DNA from: Bdellovibrionota bacterium
Lineage (GTDB): Bacteria > Bdellovibrionota_C > UBA2361 > OMII01
Direction: 5' to 3'
Length of the DNA stretch: 13,874 nucleotides
Assembly: GCA_044345405.1 (NCBI GenBank)
Contig: JBIJBE010000063.1
Coordinates: 1-13,874 of the forward strand
Below the pieces are notes generated by a model. It saw only the letters and a program-made list of their open reading frames with translations. It searched no databases and was not told the origin of the DNA. Every line of letters starts with the position of its first letter. The first letter of the stretch is position 1. Shown here piece after piece: positions 1 through 8,328 of this stretch. A program made the translations under genes and the position numbers.

Positions 1-126
1 GAAACCATAGCGTGGAGCCACAGACAACTGATTTCGACCCTCGCTTGACCCATCTCGGCGGTACAAGTAGCGGCTGCCTACTACAGTTCAGCTACTTACA
101 AAAAAGCGATCGATCATCCTATCCTT
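1..126 (+). mobile_element. Right (oriIS) end of a second, diverged IS91-family element; the rest lies outside the window
   Basis: 1-126 aligns without gaps to 7775-7900, downstream of the IS91 transposase: about 87/126 identities by hand, 38/43 in the terminal block CAGTTCAnCTACTTACAAAAAAGCGAT...TCCTATCCTT. A terminal TCCTAT motif is typical of IS91/ISCR oriIS ends. Similarity stops after 126/7900. Confidence 0.8.
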
Positions 127-210
127 CGCAGGGGCCTTGAGCGCTCTGTCGTCGTTATCGTGGTCGTGGTGGTGGTGCTCGTAAGAGCAGGGTGCGGTCC
201 TATGCTGTAA
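127..210 (+). pseudogene. ilv operon attenuator leader peptide lacking its 5' end and start codon
   Basis: Frame reads RRGLERSVVVIVVVVVVLVRAGCGPML*, with 12 consecutive Val/Ile/Leu codons at 148-183. No in-frame ATG/GTG/TTG lies between the TGA at 46-48 and the Val run. Confidence 0.8.
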
Positions 211-270
211 AAAGTATAGGTAGAGGCGATAAAGCCCCCGCACCCGTAAAACGGTGCGGGGGCTTTTTTT
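148..270 (+). promoter_or_regulatory. Ribosome-mediated transcription attenuator for branched-chain amino acid biosynthesis
   Basis: Control codons at 148-183; hairpin TGCTC-GTAA-GAGCA at 176-189; antiterminator GGGTGCGG (190-197) is complementary to CCGCACCC (238-245) in the terminator's left arm; lies directly upstream of ilvB. Confidence 0.88.
231..270 (+). terminator. Intrinsic attenuator terminator
   Basis: AAAGCCCCCGCACC (231-244) pairs with GGTGCGGGGGCTTT (253-266); T7 tract at 264-270. Confidence 0.92.
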
Positions 271-294
271 ATATGTATATAGGAAAGGTTTCCG

Positions 295-2028
295 ATGAGT
301 ACGGCTCACATTATCACCCACGAAACAAGCACTCCTGATGCTCAGGAGTATACTGGCTCCCGACTTCTTCTCGAACTTTTGAAGCGAGAGAATGTCGACA
401 CGATATTTGGGTATCCGGGCGGAGCAATTATGCCGGTGTACGACGCGCTCTACGATTTCCGGGAGGATATTCAGCACATCCTGGTGCGGCATGAGCAGGG
501 CGCTGCGCACGCCGCTGAGGGGTATGCTCGAGCCAGTGGGCGAGTTGGCGTGTGCATGGCGACCTCTGGCCCCGGGGCCACCAATCTTGTCACAGGCATC
601 GCGGACGCGATGCTCGATTCCGTTCCTGTGGTGTGCATCACCGGCCAGGTCGCTCGATCCTTCCTGGGAACCGACGCTTTTCAGGAGACGGATATCATCG
701 GCATCACCGTGCCGATTACGAAGTGGAACTGTCAGGTGACGAGCGCGGAGGAGCTTCTCACGGCGATTCCAAAAGCGTTCGCTGTCGCGCGATCTGGGCG
801 GCCAGGGCCGGTTCTTATCGACATCACGAAGAATGCGCAGTTTGAGAAGGTAACGGTAGACCTCTCCAAGGCGCCTAAGGGGCGTTCGTTCGAATGTGAA
901 CATATCGTTGAGCTCTCAGGCTTACGTGAGGCGGCTCGTCTCATAAACGAAGCGAAACGTCCGCTCATGTTTGTTGGTCACGGATGTCTCATCTCCAACG
1001 CTCACGAGGAGGTTCGGGCGTTCGTGGAGAAGGCGCAGATTCCGGTTGCTTCTACCCTTCTTGGACTAACCACACTTCCGACCGAACATCCTCTCTATGT
1101 GGGAATGCTCGGCATGCACGGAAATTACGGACCGAACGTGCTGACTAATAAAGCAGATGTTATTATTGCGGTAGGTATGCGCTTCGACGATCGAGTAACG
1201 GGGAAGCTCTCGGAGTATGCCCGTGACTCCAAGATCATCCACATTGATATCGACCCAGCCGAGTTGAATAAAAATGTCCAGATCGCTGTAGGGATCGTGT
1301 GTGACGCGAAGCAGGCGTTGCGCGCTCTTACTCCTCTCATCAAGCGTGAGCCAACCAAGGAGTGGTTCGAAGAGTTCACTGTCTGCCATGAGCGTGAGCA
1401 CGAGAAGGTTATCTCTCGTGACCTCGCTCCTCGAGATGGATTGCCGACTATGAGCAAAGTTATCGGGGATCTCGGAATCGTAACGAAGGGAGAGGCGATC
1501 CTCGTGACCGATGTAGGGCAACACCAAATGGCAGCAGCTCGGTACTATCCCTTTAAGAATCCGAATACGCTCCTCACCTCTGGTGGCCTCGGTACCATGG
1601 GATACGCCCTTCCCGCGGCGATGGGAGCGGCGGTCGGTGTGCCACATCAACGTGTCCTCGCGGTTATCGGCGATGGTGGATTTCAGATGACCCTGCAAGA
1701 GCTTGGAACGATCGCGCAGTGGAAGTTGCCGGTGAAGATCGTCATCCTGAACAACAACTTTCTTGGTATGGTGCGGCAGTGGCAGCAGCTCTTCTTTGAT
1801 AAGCGGTATTCGTCAGTGGAGATGGAGAATCCCGACTTCGTCAAATTGGCCGAGGCCTACCGAATTCCGAGTAAGCAGGTCGCGCGGTGTTGTGACGTGC
1901 GGTCGGCGGTAACCGAGATGTGGGAGACCCCTGGTCCCTACCTCCTTGAGGTCGTGTGCGAAAAGGAGGAGAACGTATTTCCGATGATTCCAGCCGGCGC
2001 GTCGATCGCTGATATCCGTTTAGAGTAG
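295..2028 (+). CDS. ilvB: Acetolactate synthase, large (catalytic) subunit, biosynthetic type
   Basis: 577 aa; motifs IFGYPGGAIMP, VRHEQGAAHAAEGYAR, TSGPGATN, GMLGMHG, RFDDRVTG and the ThDP-binding GDGGFQM...NNNFLGMVRQWQ; RBS AGGAAAGG at 281-288. Confidence 0.98.
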   Translation: MSTAHIITHETSTPDAQEYTGSRLLLELLKRENVDTIFGYPGGAIMPVYDALYDFREDIQHILVRHEQGAAHAAEGYARASGRVGVCMATSGPGATNLVTGIADAMLDSVPVVCITGQVARSFLGTDAFQETDIIGITVPITKWNCQVTSAEELLTAIPKAFAVARSGRPGPVLIDITKNAQFEKVTVDLSKAPKGRSFECEHIVELSGLREAARLINEAKRPLMFVGHGCLISNAHEEVRAFVEKAQIPVASTLLGLTTLPTEHPLYVGMLGMHGNYGPNVLTNKADVIIAVGMRFDDRVTGKLSEYARDSKIIHIDIDPAELNKNVQIAVGIVCDAKQALRALTPLIKREPTKEWFEEFTVCHEREHEKVISRDLAPRDGLPTMSKVIGDLGIVTKGEAILVTDVGQHQMAAARYYPFKNPNTLLTSGGLGTMGYALPAAMGAAVGVPHQRVLAVIGDGGFQMTLQELGTIAQWKLPVKIVILNNNFLGMVRQWQQLFFDKRYSSVEMENPDFVKLAEAYRIPSKQVARCCDVRSAVTEMWETPGPYLLEVVCEKEENVFPMIPAGASIADIRLE

Positions 2029-2043
2029 CAGAGGGAGTGTTTT

Positions 2044-2589
2044 ATGAATCAGCCAATAACGTTTCTTGTATGGACCGACAACAGTCCCGGAGTTCTTCTT
2101 CGACTGACCACCCTTTTTACTCGACGAAAGATCAATGTCGAGAGCCTCACGGTTTCAGCGACCGAGCAGGAGGGGGTCTCGCGCTTTACGGTTGCCATCT
2201 CCACTGATCCGATCATTGCGGCAACGATTGGACGTCAAATTGAGCGAATGATTGAGGTTCGTCGGGTATTCGTCTTTGCGGAGCCTGACATCGTTCACCG
2301 AGAGGTTGCTCTGGTACGTGCTCGCCTTGATGAAGACGCGGAGAGCGCGTTGCCAAAGCTTTTTGTTGATTGCAAGATCGTGGAGCGCGGACAGCGTGGA
2401 ACGCTCGTACAGTTCACGGGTACGGAGGGTGAGATATCATCGCTTCTTTCGCACCTTGAGCCGCACGGGATCACTGAGTTCGTTCGCTCAGGGCGAATCG
2501 CGGTTACCCTTGCTGGAGAGTATGACAACGATCTTACAAAGTCGTTGCACGATCTACGGCCTGGTGCGTCGGAGGGACCGGAGGTGTAG
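2044..2589 (+). CDS. ilvN: Acetolactate synthase small (regulatory, ACT-domain) subunit
   Basis: DNSPGVLLRLTTLFTRRKINVESLTV ACT motif and EFVRSGRIAV near the C-terminus; 15 bp after ilvB with a GAGGGAG RBS. Confidence 0.95.
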   Translation: MNQPITFLVWTDNSPGVLLRLTTLFTRRKINVESLTVSATEQEGVSRFTVAISTDPIIAATIGRQIERMIEVRRVFVFAEPDIVHREVALVRARLDEDAESALPKLFVDCKIVERGQRGTLVQFTGTEGEISSLLSHLEPHGITEFVRSGRIAVTLAGEYDNDLTKSLHDLRPGASEGPEV

Positions 2590-2601
2590 GTGCGCTTATC
2601 C

Positions 2602-2690
2602 CGTGTATCGAAGTAGGACTATCGCGCTGGAATGTCTCACATGGCGAAGCCCTACTTCGATACACGACATGGCGACCGTCCTCGGTCGCC
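2602..2690. repeat. REP/REPIN-like inverted repeat plus a small hairpin
   Basis: CGTGTATCGAAGTAGG (2602-2617) is the perfect reverse complement of 2651-2666, and the arms contain GTAGG. GGCGACCG-TCCT-CGGTCGCC hairpin at 2671-2690. Confidence 0.7.
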
Positions 2691-2749
2691 GACCTAATAA
2701 CGTTTCACGGATGACCGAGACGTTGGACGAGTAAACTGCCCTTCCTTGA

Positions 2750-4027
2750 CTAGTACAGCCCAACTATCGCATACCCAACCATCGGTAGCGTCTGACGAGC
2801 GGGTCCGTCGCGGAAATAAATCAGACGAGATGTTTTACGTGGAGCTCTATTGAGCATTGACGTAACGAGAGGAACCCAACGCGACGTAAGGGCTGCCACT
2901 CGATGTTTATACTGGTACTCGCCTGGATTTTTCTAGCATTAAGGAATAACCGCTCCCATCACCGGATTAGTTGGCGTGCTCAAGAGTGTTAGATAGCGTT
3001 ACACAACCGGGGGATCGGCGGCTTGAAACATTCTGCAGGCCACGGGACATCCTGGTGCCCTTGCTTCGTAAGTCGATAACATTCAGCGCACCGCCTGATG
3101 AACGCCCGAAAAGTCTCTAAAAACGCCAAGCGAATTTTCTTGCAGGAGCCGTACATAAAGACCTTTCTCTCCTTGTTCTTAGGCACATGTCTATCATCGA
3201 CGATGAACCCCTCAATGTAGCGTGAGGGCTCTTTCTTTGGTGCGAGGCGTGCCTCCTCATGCCGAACCTGAGCGATGATCCTCTGGTGTATCTTCTCGAT
3301 CTTGATGGGGTCTACGATGTTGAAAGCTTCAAGCCACTTAAGGGGCATAACACGGATTGTGTTACGCTCTCTGACGAATGATTTCTGTTGAAGCGATTGA
3401 ATTAGGGTTCGCTCTTCAGACAGTCCCGGATTCTCCTGAGAGAGGGAAGTAATGTCAGTTGCAAGAATCCACGCAACCTCCTTTTCAACCACGGCGTTTA
3501 CATCGGCGGGAACAGATATGAATTCCTTCCAGGTGTTACATCCAGCATACGCATCAATAGAGCGAACGAGTCCTGCTTGCACGGGATTGAGGTAGGTGTA
3601 CACCACTCGATCAATAGCAGCCTCTAGGTCGAGCACCTCACCGATCGTAGTTCTGGTATCCCACAGACGAAGCTGGGGAAGATTGAGAAGGCGCTTTAGT
3701 AAATCAGTGAGGCGTTTCTTAAGCTGCTCATGGAAGCGGGTGAGAGCCGAACAGTCTAGGGAAAAGAGCTGTGTGTGCAGATGGTTGCTCATCCAGACGT
3801 ACCCGCACACAATCACAGCCTCAGAAAGAAGAATTCGTCCCATCGTGCTTTCAATCAGAAGCGCTGTTAGCGCCCGTGCCGGGAGAGGTAGTCCCTGAAG
3901 GGACCGAAAGCACAGGTCGTACATTTTCTTACTTCGAAGCATTCGTCGTCGGCGCATGATGATTCATACATCGAGATTATGCTGTGAGTGTTGTGTCATC
4001 TTCGATGAAAAAGTTGGCCTGTACTAG
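2750..4027 (-). mobile_element. Putative element carrying a Y1-HUH transposase between terminal inverted repeats
   Basis: CTAGTACAGCCCAACT (2750-2765) versus the reverse complement of 4012-4027, CTAGTACAGGCCAACT: 15/16 match. CTAG is outermost at both ends, and the repeats enclose only the transposase gene. Confidence 0.6.
2989..3957 (-). CDS. RAYT-like / IS200-superfamily Y1 HUH transposase
   Basis: HUH motif GYVWMSNHLH and catalytic-Tyr motif YTYLNPVQAGLV, typical of REP-associated tyrosine transposases; long C-terminal extension (322 aa in total). Confidence 0.82.
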   Translation of the reverse strand: MRRRRMLRSKKMYDLCFRSLQGLPLPARALTALLIESTMGRILLSEAVIVCGYVWMSNHLHTQLFSLDCSALTRFHEQLKKRLTDLLKRLLNLPQLRLWDTRTTIGEVLDLEAAIDRVVYTYLNPVQAGLVRSIDAYAGCNTWKEFISVPADVNAVVEKEVAWILATDITSLSQENPGLSEERTLIQSLQQKSFVRERNTIRVMPLKWLEAFNIVDPIKIEKIHQRIIAQVRHEEARLAPKKEPSRYIEGFIVDDRHVPKNKERKVFMYGSCKKIRLAFLETFRAFIRRCAECYRLTKQGHQDVPWPAECFKPPIPRLCNAI

Positions 4028-4085
4028 AGATGAAGGGTGTCGAGAGACATGCGTCACGAACTAGCTTCGCGAGGATCCTTCGGTC

Positions 4086-4245
4086 CGGAGGCCCTGTGTC
4101 CGTATAGGGCGGTCAGGCCCTACGGATAGGGGCTCTCCGACGTCCGTTCACGTTCGTAGCGCCGCGATCGGCAACGAAGCCCTCCCGAAGTCGCTTTGGA
4201 GGATCTATCCAAGCTCGCCGTGTAGGGCCGATCTCACAGCGCCAC
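4086..4245. repeat. Cluster of imperfect palindromes, REP-like
   Basis: Long hairpin 4086-4139 (CGGAG/CTCCG, TCCGTA/TACGGA, TAGGGC/GCCCTA). Nested arms GTAGCGC..GATCGGC (4156-4172) and GCCGATC..GCGCCAC (4227-4245) surround an inner CCTCC/GGAGG stem. GTAGGGC or its complement occurs at 4117 and 4222, and also at 2649. Confidence 0.5.
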
Positions 4246-4353
4246 AGATAATCCGGCTTGCGAGCGCCAAAAAAACCGGCATCATCGGCGAGGGGATTCT
4301 CTGACCCACTAGTATCGACCTGAAGGGTCGCACAGGTCTAAAGTCGTTTCGGT

Positions 4354-5505
4354 ATGTTGATCCTAACAATCATAACCATTCTTTTTGGCATAGCGGTTCG
4401 AGTGGCGCTGTCGATGCATGCCTGCGGGTCTTTTGATATCGCCCAAACGTTCTTTTGGGGAACCCTCATATGTGAGCGTGGATTTGTCGAAACGTACGCC
4501 ACGGTGTCCCCGTATCCATCGCACGCACCTTTGGGATTTGCGCTGCAGGGGTTATTTGCGTTCTTGGCCGGAGGGGTTGAAGAGAGATTTGGAGTAGTGT
4601 TTCGTCTCATCACCTCCGCAAGCGATCTGCTAACCCTAGGTATTCTCGCCCGAATTTTTTGGCGGAGAGATAGAAGAATCTCGATGTGGCTCGTCATGGC
4701 TTGGGCAGTTATGCCCTACATCGTCATTCAGGCATCTTTTCACACGAATTTGGATCCTCTCGTGGGGCTCTTGTTACTAGTGTCGGCTCTGCTCGATCGC
4801 AAAAGACCTGGGTTCTCCGGAGCGGTCCTAGGATTCGCGGCGTGCATAAAGATACCTGCTCTTTTTCCTCTTGCTGCTCTTGCCGCATATCATTGTGCTC
4901 GAGGGAGAGATGAGGGGTATCGCTTCTGCTGCGGAGCCTCGATTCCTATAGTGCTGTTCCTCCTTTCTCCGATATTCTTTATTCCTAATTATGTATCAAT
5001 TCTCTTTTTGCGCTATCGGGGAATTCAGGATTCGTACGGGCTGTGGGCTGTATTTCCTGGTCTTGAGGAGGTTAATTGGCTTTCCACGATACTCCCTCTA
5101 GGACTTATGGTGCTCGCCGCATTCATCGCTTGCTGGAGGGTACGCCACGGGCAGGGGGTAGAGTCCGCAGAGTTGATGATGTGCGCTCTTATGCCGGTGA
5201 TGTTCGCTAGCAGGGGGTTCGGTATTCAGTACTTCTATTGGATCGTACCTTTGTTGGCGTTAGCCTCGGGTCCACTATGGGCATACGGAGTGGCGTTACT
5301 CATTTCCCTATCTCTCCTCAATCTTTCAATGATTTGGGAGCTCTTGAATGCCGAGCGTTGCATGGGACCTCTCGGATACCGGCATCTAGACTGGCTAGGT
5401 GTCGTCTCTGGTGGAGATATAACGACCGAGGCGGAGGTTCTTTTAGCCGCGGCCGTTTGGGTTCTTTGTACTACTCTTTGGGCAAAGCTACTCTTGAGAA
5501 TGTGA
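4354..5505 (+). CDS. Polytopic membrane glycosyltransferase, GT-C fold (GT87/DUF2029-like)
   Basis: Many hydrophobic segments; Asp in the first loop (GSFDI), YPSHAPLG, HTNLDPLVGLLLL, LGFAACIKIPALF and IQYFYWIVPL motifs. The stop codon coincides with the recN-fragment junction. Confidence 0.7.
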   Translation: MLILTIITILFGIAVRVALSMHACGSFDIAQTFFWGTLICERGFVETYATVSPYPSHAPLGFALQGLFAFLAGGVEERFGVVFRLITSASDLLTLGILARIFWRRDRRISMWLVMAWAVMPYIVIQASFHTNLDPLVGLLLLVSALLDRKRPGFSGAVLGFAACIKIPALFPLAALAAYHCARGRDEGYRFCCGASIPIVLFLLSPIFFIPNYVSILFLRYRGIQDSYGLWAVFPGLEEVNWLSTILPLGLMVLAAFIACWRVRHGQGVESAELMMCALMPVMFASRGFGIQYFYWIVPLLALASGPLWAYGVALLISLSLLNLSMIWELLNAERCMGPLGYRHLDWLGVVSGGDITTEAEVLLAAAVWVLCTTLWAKLLLRM

Positions 5506-5675
5506 CCGGCGCCGGCAAGTCGATAATTTTGAACGCCCTTGAATTCATCCTTGGCGGCAAGGGCTCTCCCTCATTAATTCGTACCGGTGCGGAGAGCTTG
5601 GAGGTTCAGGCTCTCTTTGACTTGGCGGTGTTACCTCCAGAGGTTCGCTCTGAACTCCCCGAGATAGTAGAAGAC
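5505..5675 (+). pseudogene. recN: Internal fragment (about 55 codons) of DNA repair ATPase RecN
   Basis: TGAGKSIILNALEFILGGKGSPSLIRTGAESLEVQALFDL matches the RecN Walker A region (GETGAGKS..dAL...G.r.....iR.G). It has no start codon and no continuation. Confidence 0.82.
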
Positions 5676-5712
5676 CCCGGTTGTCAGCGCCTCTGCTTTT
5701 GTGGCGCCGGAC
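5669..5712 (+). repeat. 44-bp exact direct repeat, copy 1
   Basis: AGAAGACCCCGGTTGTCAGCGCCTCTGCTTTTGTGGCGCCGGAC is identical to 13831-13874. Confidence 0.98.
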
Positions 5713-6189
5713 GCGTGGATCATCGGAGACACCACCATCGGCGATAACGTCTCGATCTTTTTTAACGCCGTACTTCGAGGCGACATCCAAGCTATCAAGG
5801 TAGGTCGCGGCACAAACCTGCAGGAGCACACCCTCGTACACACAAGCCACGGGATGTCCACTGCCCTCATCGGTGAAGATGTAACCGTTGGACACCGAGC
5901 CATCATCCACGGTTGCTCGATCGGCGATCGGTGTCTTATCGGAATGGGAGCGACCGTTCTTGATAACGCTGAGGTTGGAGAGGAGTGCATTATCGGCGCA
6001 CACACTCTCGTCCCTAAAGGGATGAAGATACCATCGCGAAGTTTAGTGATTGGTACACCGGCGAAGGTGGTGCGATCTCTTACAGAGGATGAGATCAAGA
6101 GCCTCACAGACTCCGCGCGTGGATATCAAACTCTCGGCGCGACGTATACCTCCATCTTCTCTGCACTCGGGAATTCAGGACTATCCTAG
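5669..6189 (+). pseudogene. Gamma carbonic anhydrase family (YrdA/CaiE-like hexapeptide repeat) gene lacking its first 8 codons; may restart at GTG 5701
   Basis: APDAWIIGD, AVLRGD, TNLQEHTLVH, VTVGHRAIIHGC, LIGMGA and GTPAKVVR motifs. An in-frame TAG at 5668-5670 precedes KTPVV. The missing MPVIPFKE start is found at 13809. Confidence 0.9.
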
Positions 6190-7060
6190 CCTCCGCACCA
6201 TCTTAGTATTCGTTGAGGAGCTCCATCTGAGCACGCTCTGAACCAACTCCTGAATGCCCCACATCTATTCTGCCCGCATCTAACACACACCATCCCCTCC
6301 CCCTCCCGAATCAGCCTGCATGCTCAGGCGCTACATATGGGAGAAGGCAAAGGAGAAGCTCCAACACTACAGGAGGCGTACACCGGAAGCCTCGGTGCTC
6401 TACCAGATCGTCTACCACTCCAGGGATGACCTCCAGCTCCATTGGGAATCCAGGCTCCAGCACCAGTATGGGTGCTTACGCGACGAGGTGATGAAAACCT
6501 TCGACGAGTACCTGAATTGCGGCATCCTCGCGCACGGCGCCGCACGAGTGTATTGCGATGGATGCAAGCACTCGCTCCTTATCGCCTTCTCCTGCAAGCG
6601 CAGAGGGGTGTGTCCCTCATGCGGGGCAAAGAGAGCGGTAAAGTTCGCTGAGCACATCTATAGCGAAGTCATCGACGACGTCCCTCATCGCCATACCGTC
6701 TTTACCATCCCGAAACGCTTGCGAGTCTTCTTTAAGTATGACCGTAAGCTTAATACCATCCTCTTTCGAGCCGCTTGGGGAACACTATCTCAGGTCCTCG
6801 GCATTGACGAGCGTGAACTCGCCGCTATCTTTACCGTACAAACTGCTGGGGAATCATTAAACTATCATCCACACCTTCACGGACTTCTAGCTGACGGATT
6901 CTGGAAGGACGGCGTCTTCACTAGGTTTTCAGAGGTAGACCTCAAGGTAATCGAGGAAGCATTCGCCGAACGAGTACTTGCGCAGCTCCACAAACAAGAG
7001 CTTATCTCTGACGATGATGTGGCGCAGATCTTGTCGCAAGAACACACGGGGTTCGGCGTA

Positions 7061-7091
7061 CCTGTCCCCCGTAGCCTTGTGCGAAGGGGGA
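7061..7091 (+). repeat. 31-bp palindromic insertion, copy 1
   Basis: CCTGTCCCCCGTAGCCTTGTGCGAAGGGGGA; removal restores ...HTGFGV-WLGDPF... (boundary ambiguous by 1 nt). Confidence 0.88.
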
Positions 7092-7230
7092 TGGCTCGGA
7101 GACCCATTCCACGACAAAGAGAGTAAACAATTCGTCGCTCGCTACATCGAACGCGCTCCACTATCTCTTGAGAAACTCTCAATACAAGATGACATCGTTA
7201 CCTACACCACTAAGGACGGCGCGGCTCATG

Positions 7231-7262
7231 CCTGTCCCGCCGTAGCCTTGCGCGAAGGCGGA
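7231..7262 (+). repeat. 32-bp palindromic insertion, copy 2
   Basis: CCTGTCCCGCCGTAGCCTTGCGCGAAGGCGGA; removal restores ...DGAAH-E-FDALEFLAAL... Confidence 0.88.
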
Positions 7263-7869
7263 AGTTTGACGCTCTGGAGTTTTTGGCGGCGCTTTCGTGT
7301 CATGTACCGAAGACCTATGAATCAATCACAAGATACTACGGTCGCTACTCCTGTAGGCGACGGGGCGAACGCGCTAAACTCTCCCCTCCCCCAGACGATG
7401 AAACACAAAGCGACTATAGGAGAGAGTTCACGAGGAGCTGTTGGGCCGCGTGCATCAAGAGAATCTACGAAGTTGATCCTCTCGAGTGCCCCAAGTGCAA
7501 AGCGCAGATGCGTATTATCTCCTTCCTTCAGGATGCGCATTCAATCAAGGACATCATGAAATCTCAGGGGATCGCTGACTTCCGAGCACCTCCTCCCATC
7601 CCAAAGTTCATCGATACCTCTCACGCTATCGATGAAATAGCCTCCTACGACTCCTTTGAGCCGTCGCCTGATGATTTCTAAAACCCGCTTCCTCTGTGAC
7701 GGAGCCGGTGGAGTGTCGATAAAATGCTACTTTTCGCGACTTAGCTCACCCTTGCCCACTCCGCTTGAACTCTAGAAAACCTAGCTTGGCGCCACTAACC
7801 ACGCATCCCGGCCCTTCTTTGACCAATCGCCCCGGAGACATCAACAGTCCGCCACAGCAGTTCAACTAC

Positions 7870-8013
7870 TTACAAAAAAGCGATTGGTTTTCCTATCCTT
7901 AACAACAGGGCTGCTCCTAGTGTGCCGTTAAGGATCGCAAATTCCCGCGGAGCGCCTCCCAAGAGGATAGGCTGCGTGAGAGAGCGATGGACCGGAACTC
8001 TGAATCCTTCCAT
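7870..8013 (-). pseudogene. trbD: Conjugal transfer protein TrbD/VirB3, truncated by the IS91 end
   Basis: Not in the ORF track. MEGFRVPVHRSLTQPILLGGAPREFAILNGTLGAALLL (8013-7900) then runs into IS sequence (RIGKPIAFL*). Starts 9 bp after the trbC stop. Confidence 0.88.
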
Positions 8014-8022
8014 CTGAAGCCC

Positions 8023-8328
8023 TTACCAACCAAACAGGACGGGAGCCCAGGTAGAAGCGCCGATCGCTACCGCCCCACCAAACGTGGCCGCCATCGCTCT
8101 CCGGAAGAAGGAGCCTGCCTCTCCGACACACAGTGCCAGGCCAGCGATAACTATTGCTCCGATGATAATGGCCTGAGCCGTCGGGCCTTGTAGGCTTGCA
8201 AGTAATTGTCGCAGGGGATTCTCCCAAGGCATCGCCTGGGCGTGCGCCTCAGTGGTAACGGTCAAATAAGCGAGCGCGAAGCAGGTTATCGCGAATCGAA
8301 AGTCACGGTTGATTCGTTTTTTTTGCAT
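8023..8328 (-). CDS. trbC: Conjugative pilin TrbC/VirB2
   Basis: Signal peptide ending in AHA, then MPWENPLRQLLASLQGP, two hydrophobic segments and GEAGSFFRR. Start placed at ATG 8328 (AGAGGGA RBS), 101 aa. Confidence 0.9.
   Translation of the reverse strand: MQKKRINRDFRFAITCFALAYLTVTTEAHAQAMPWENPLRQLLASLQGPTAQAIIIGAIVIAGLALCVGEAGSFFRRAMAATFGGAVAIGASTWAPVLFGW

Larger units (their letters stand above)
6320..7681 (+). pseudogene. IS91-family transposase interrupted by two short insertions
   Basis: Zn-binding CDGC...SCKRRGVCPSCG, HTVFTIP, HUH motif NYHPHLHGL, ARYIER, ITRYYGRYS and WAACIKRIYEVDPLECPKC are spread over three ORF pieces. Removing 7061-7091 and 7231-7262 gives one 432-aa frame. Confidence 0.92.
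6190..7900 (+). mobile_element. IS91-family (rolling-circle, ISCR-like) insertion sequence; left terIS boundary is approximate
   Basis: Y2 transposase gene followed about 220 bp later by the oriIS-like end TTTTCCTATCCTT (to 7900). That end abuts a truncated trbD and is shared with 1-126. Confidence 0.85.

Noticed and set aside
88-1698. Long antisense and alternate-frame ORFs over ilvB (88..903, 1066..1698, 392..739 and others), including an apparent His-rich tract
   Set aside because: Shadows of ilvB; the HHHH/DHD tract is just the reverse complement of the Val codons in the attenuator leader.
5238-5747. 169-aa ORF with a Walker A motif as a real ATPase gene
   Set aside because: Chimeric frame: only 5505-5675 is RecN-like, and the rest is off-frame GT87 and gamma-CA sequence.
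7061-7262. The two 31/32-bp repeats as a mini CRISPR array
   Set aside because: The 139-bp intervening DNA is in-frame transposase sequence, there are only two non-identical units, and no cas genes are present.
6320-7681. Programmed frameshifting, or three separate genes, in the IS91 transposase
   Set aside because: Both frame changes are explained exactly by the 31- and 32-bp inserts, and there is no slippery sequence at those points.
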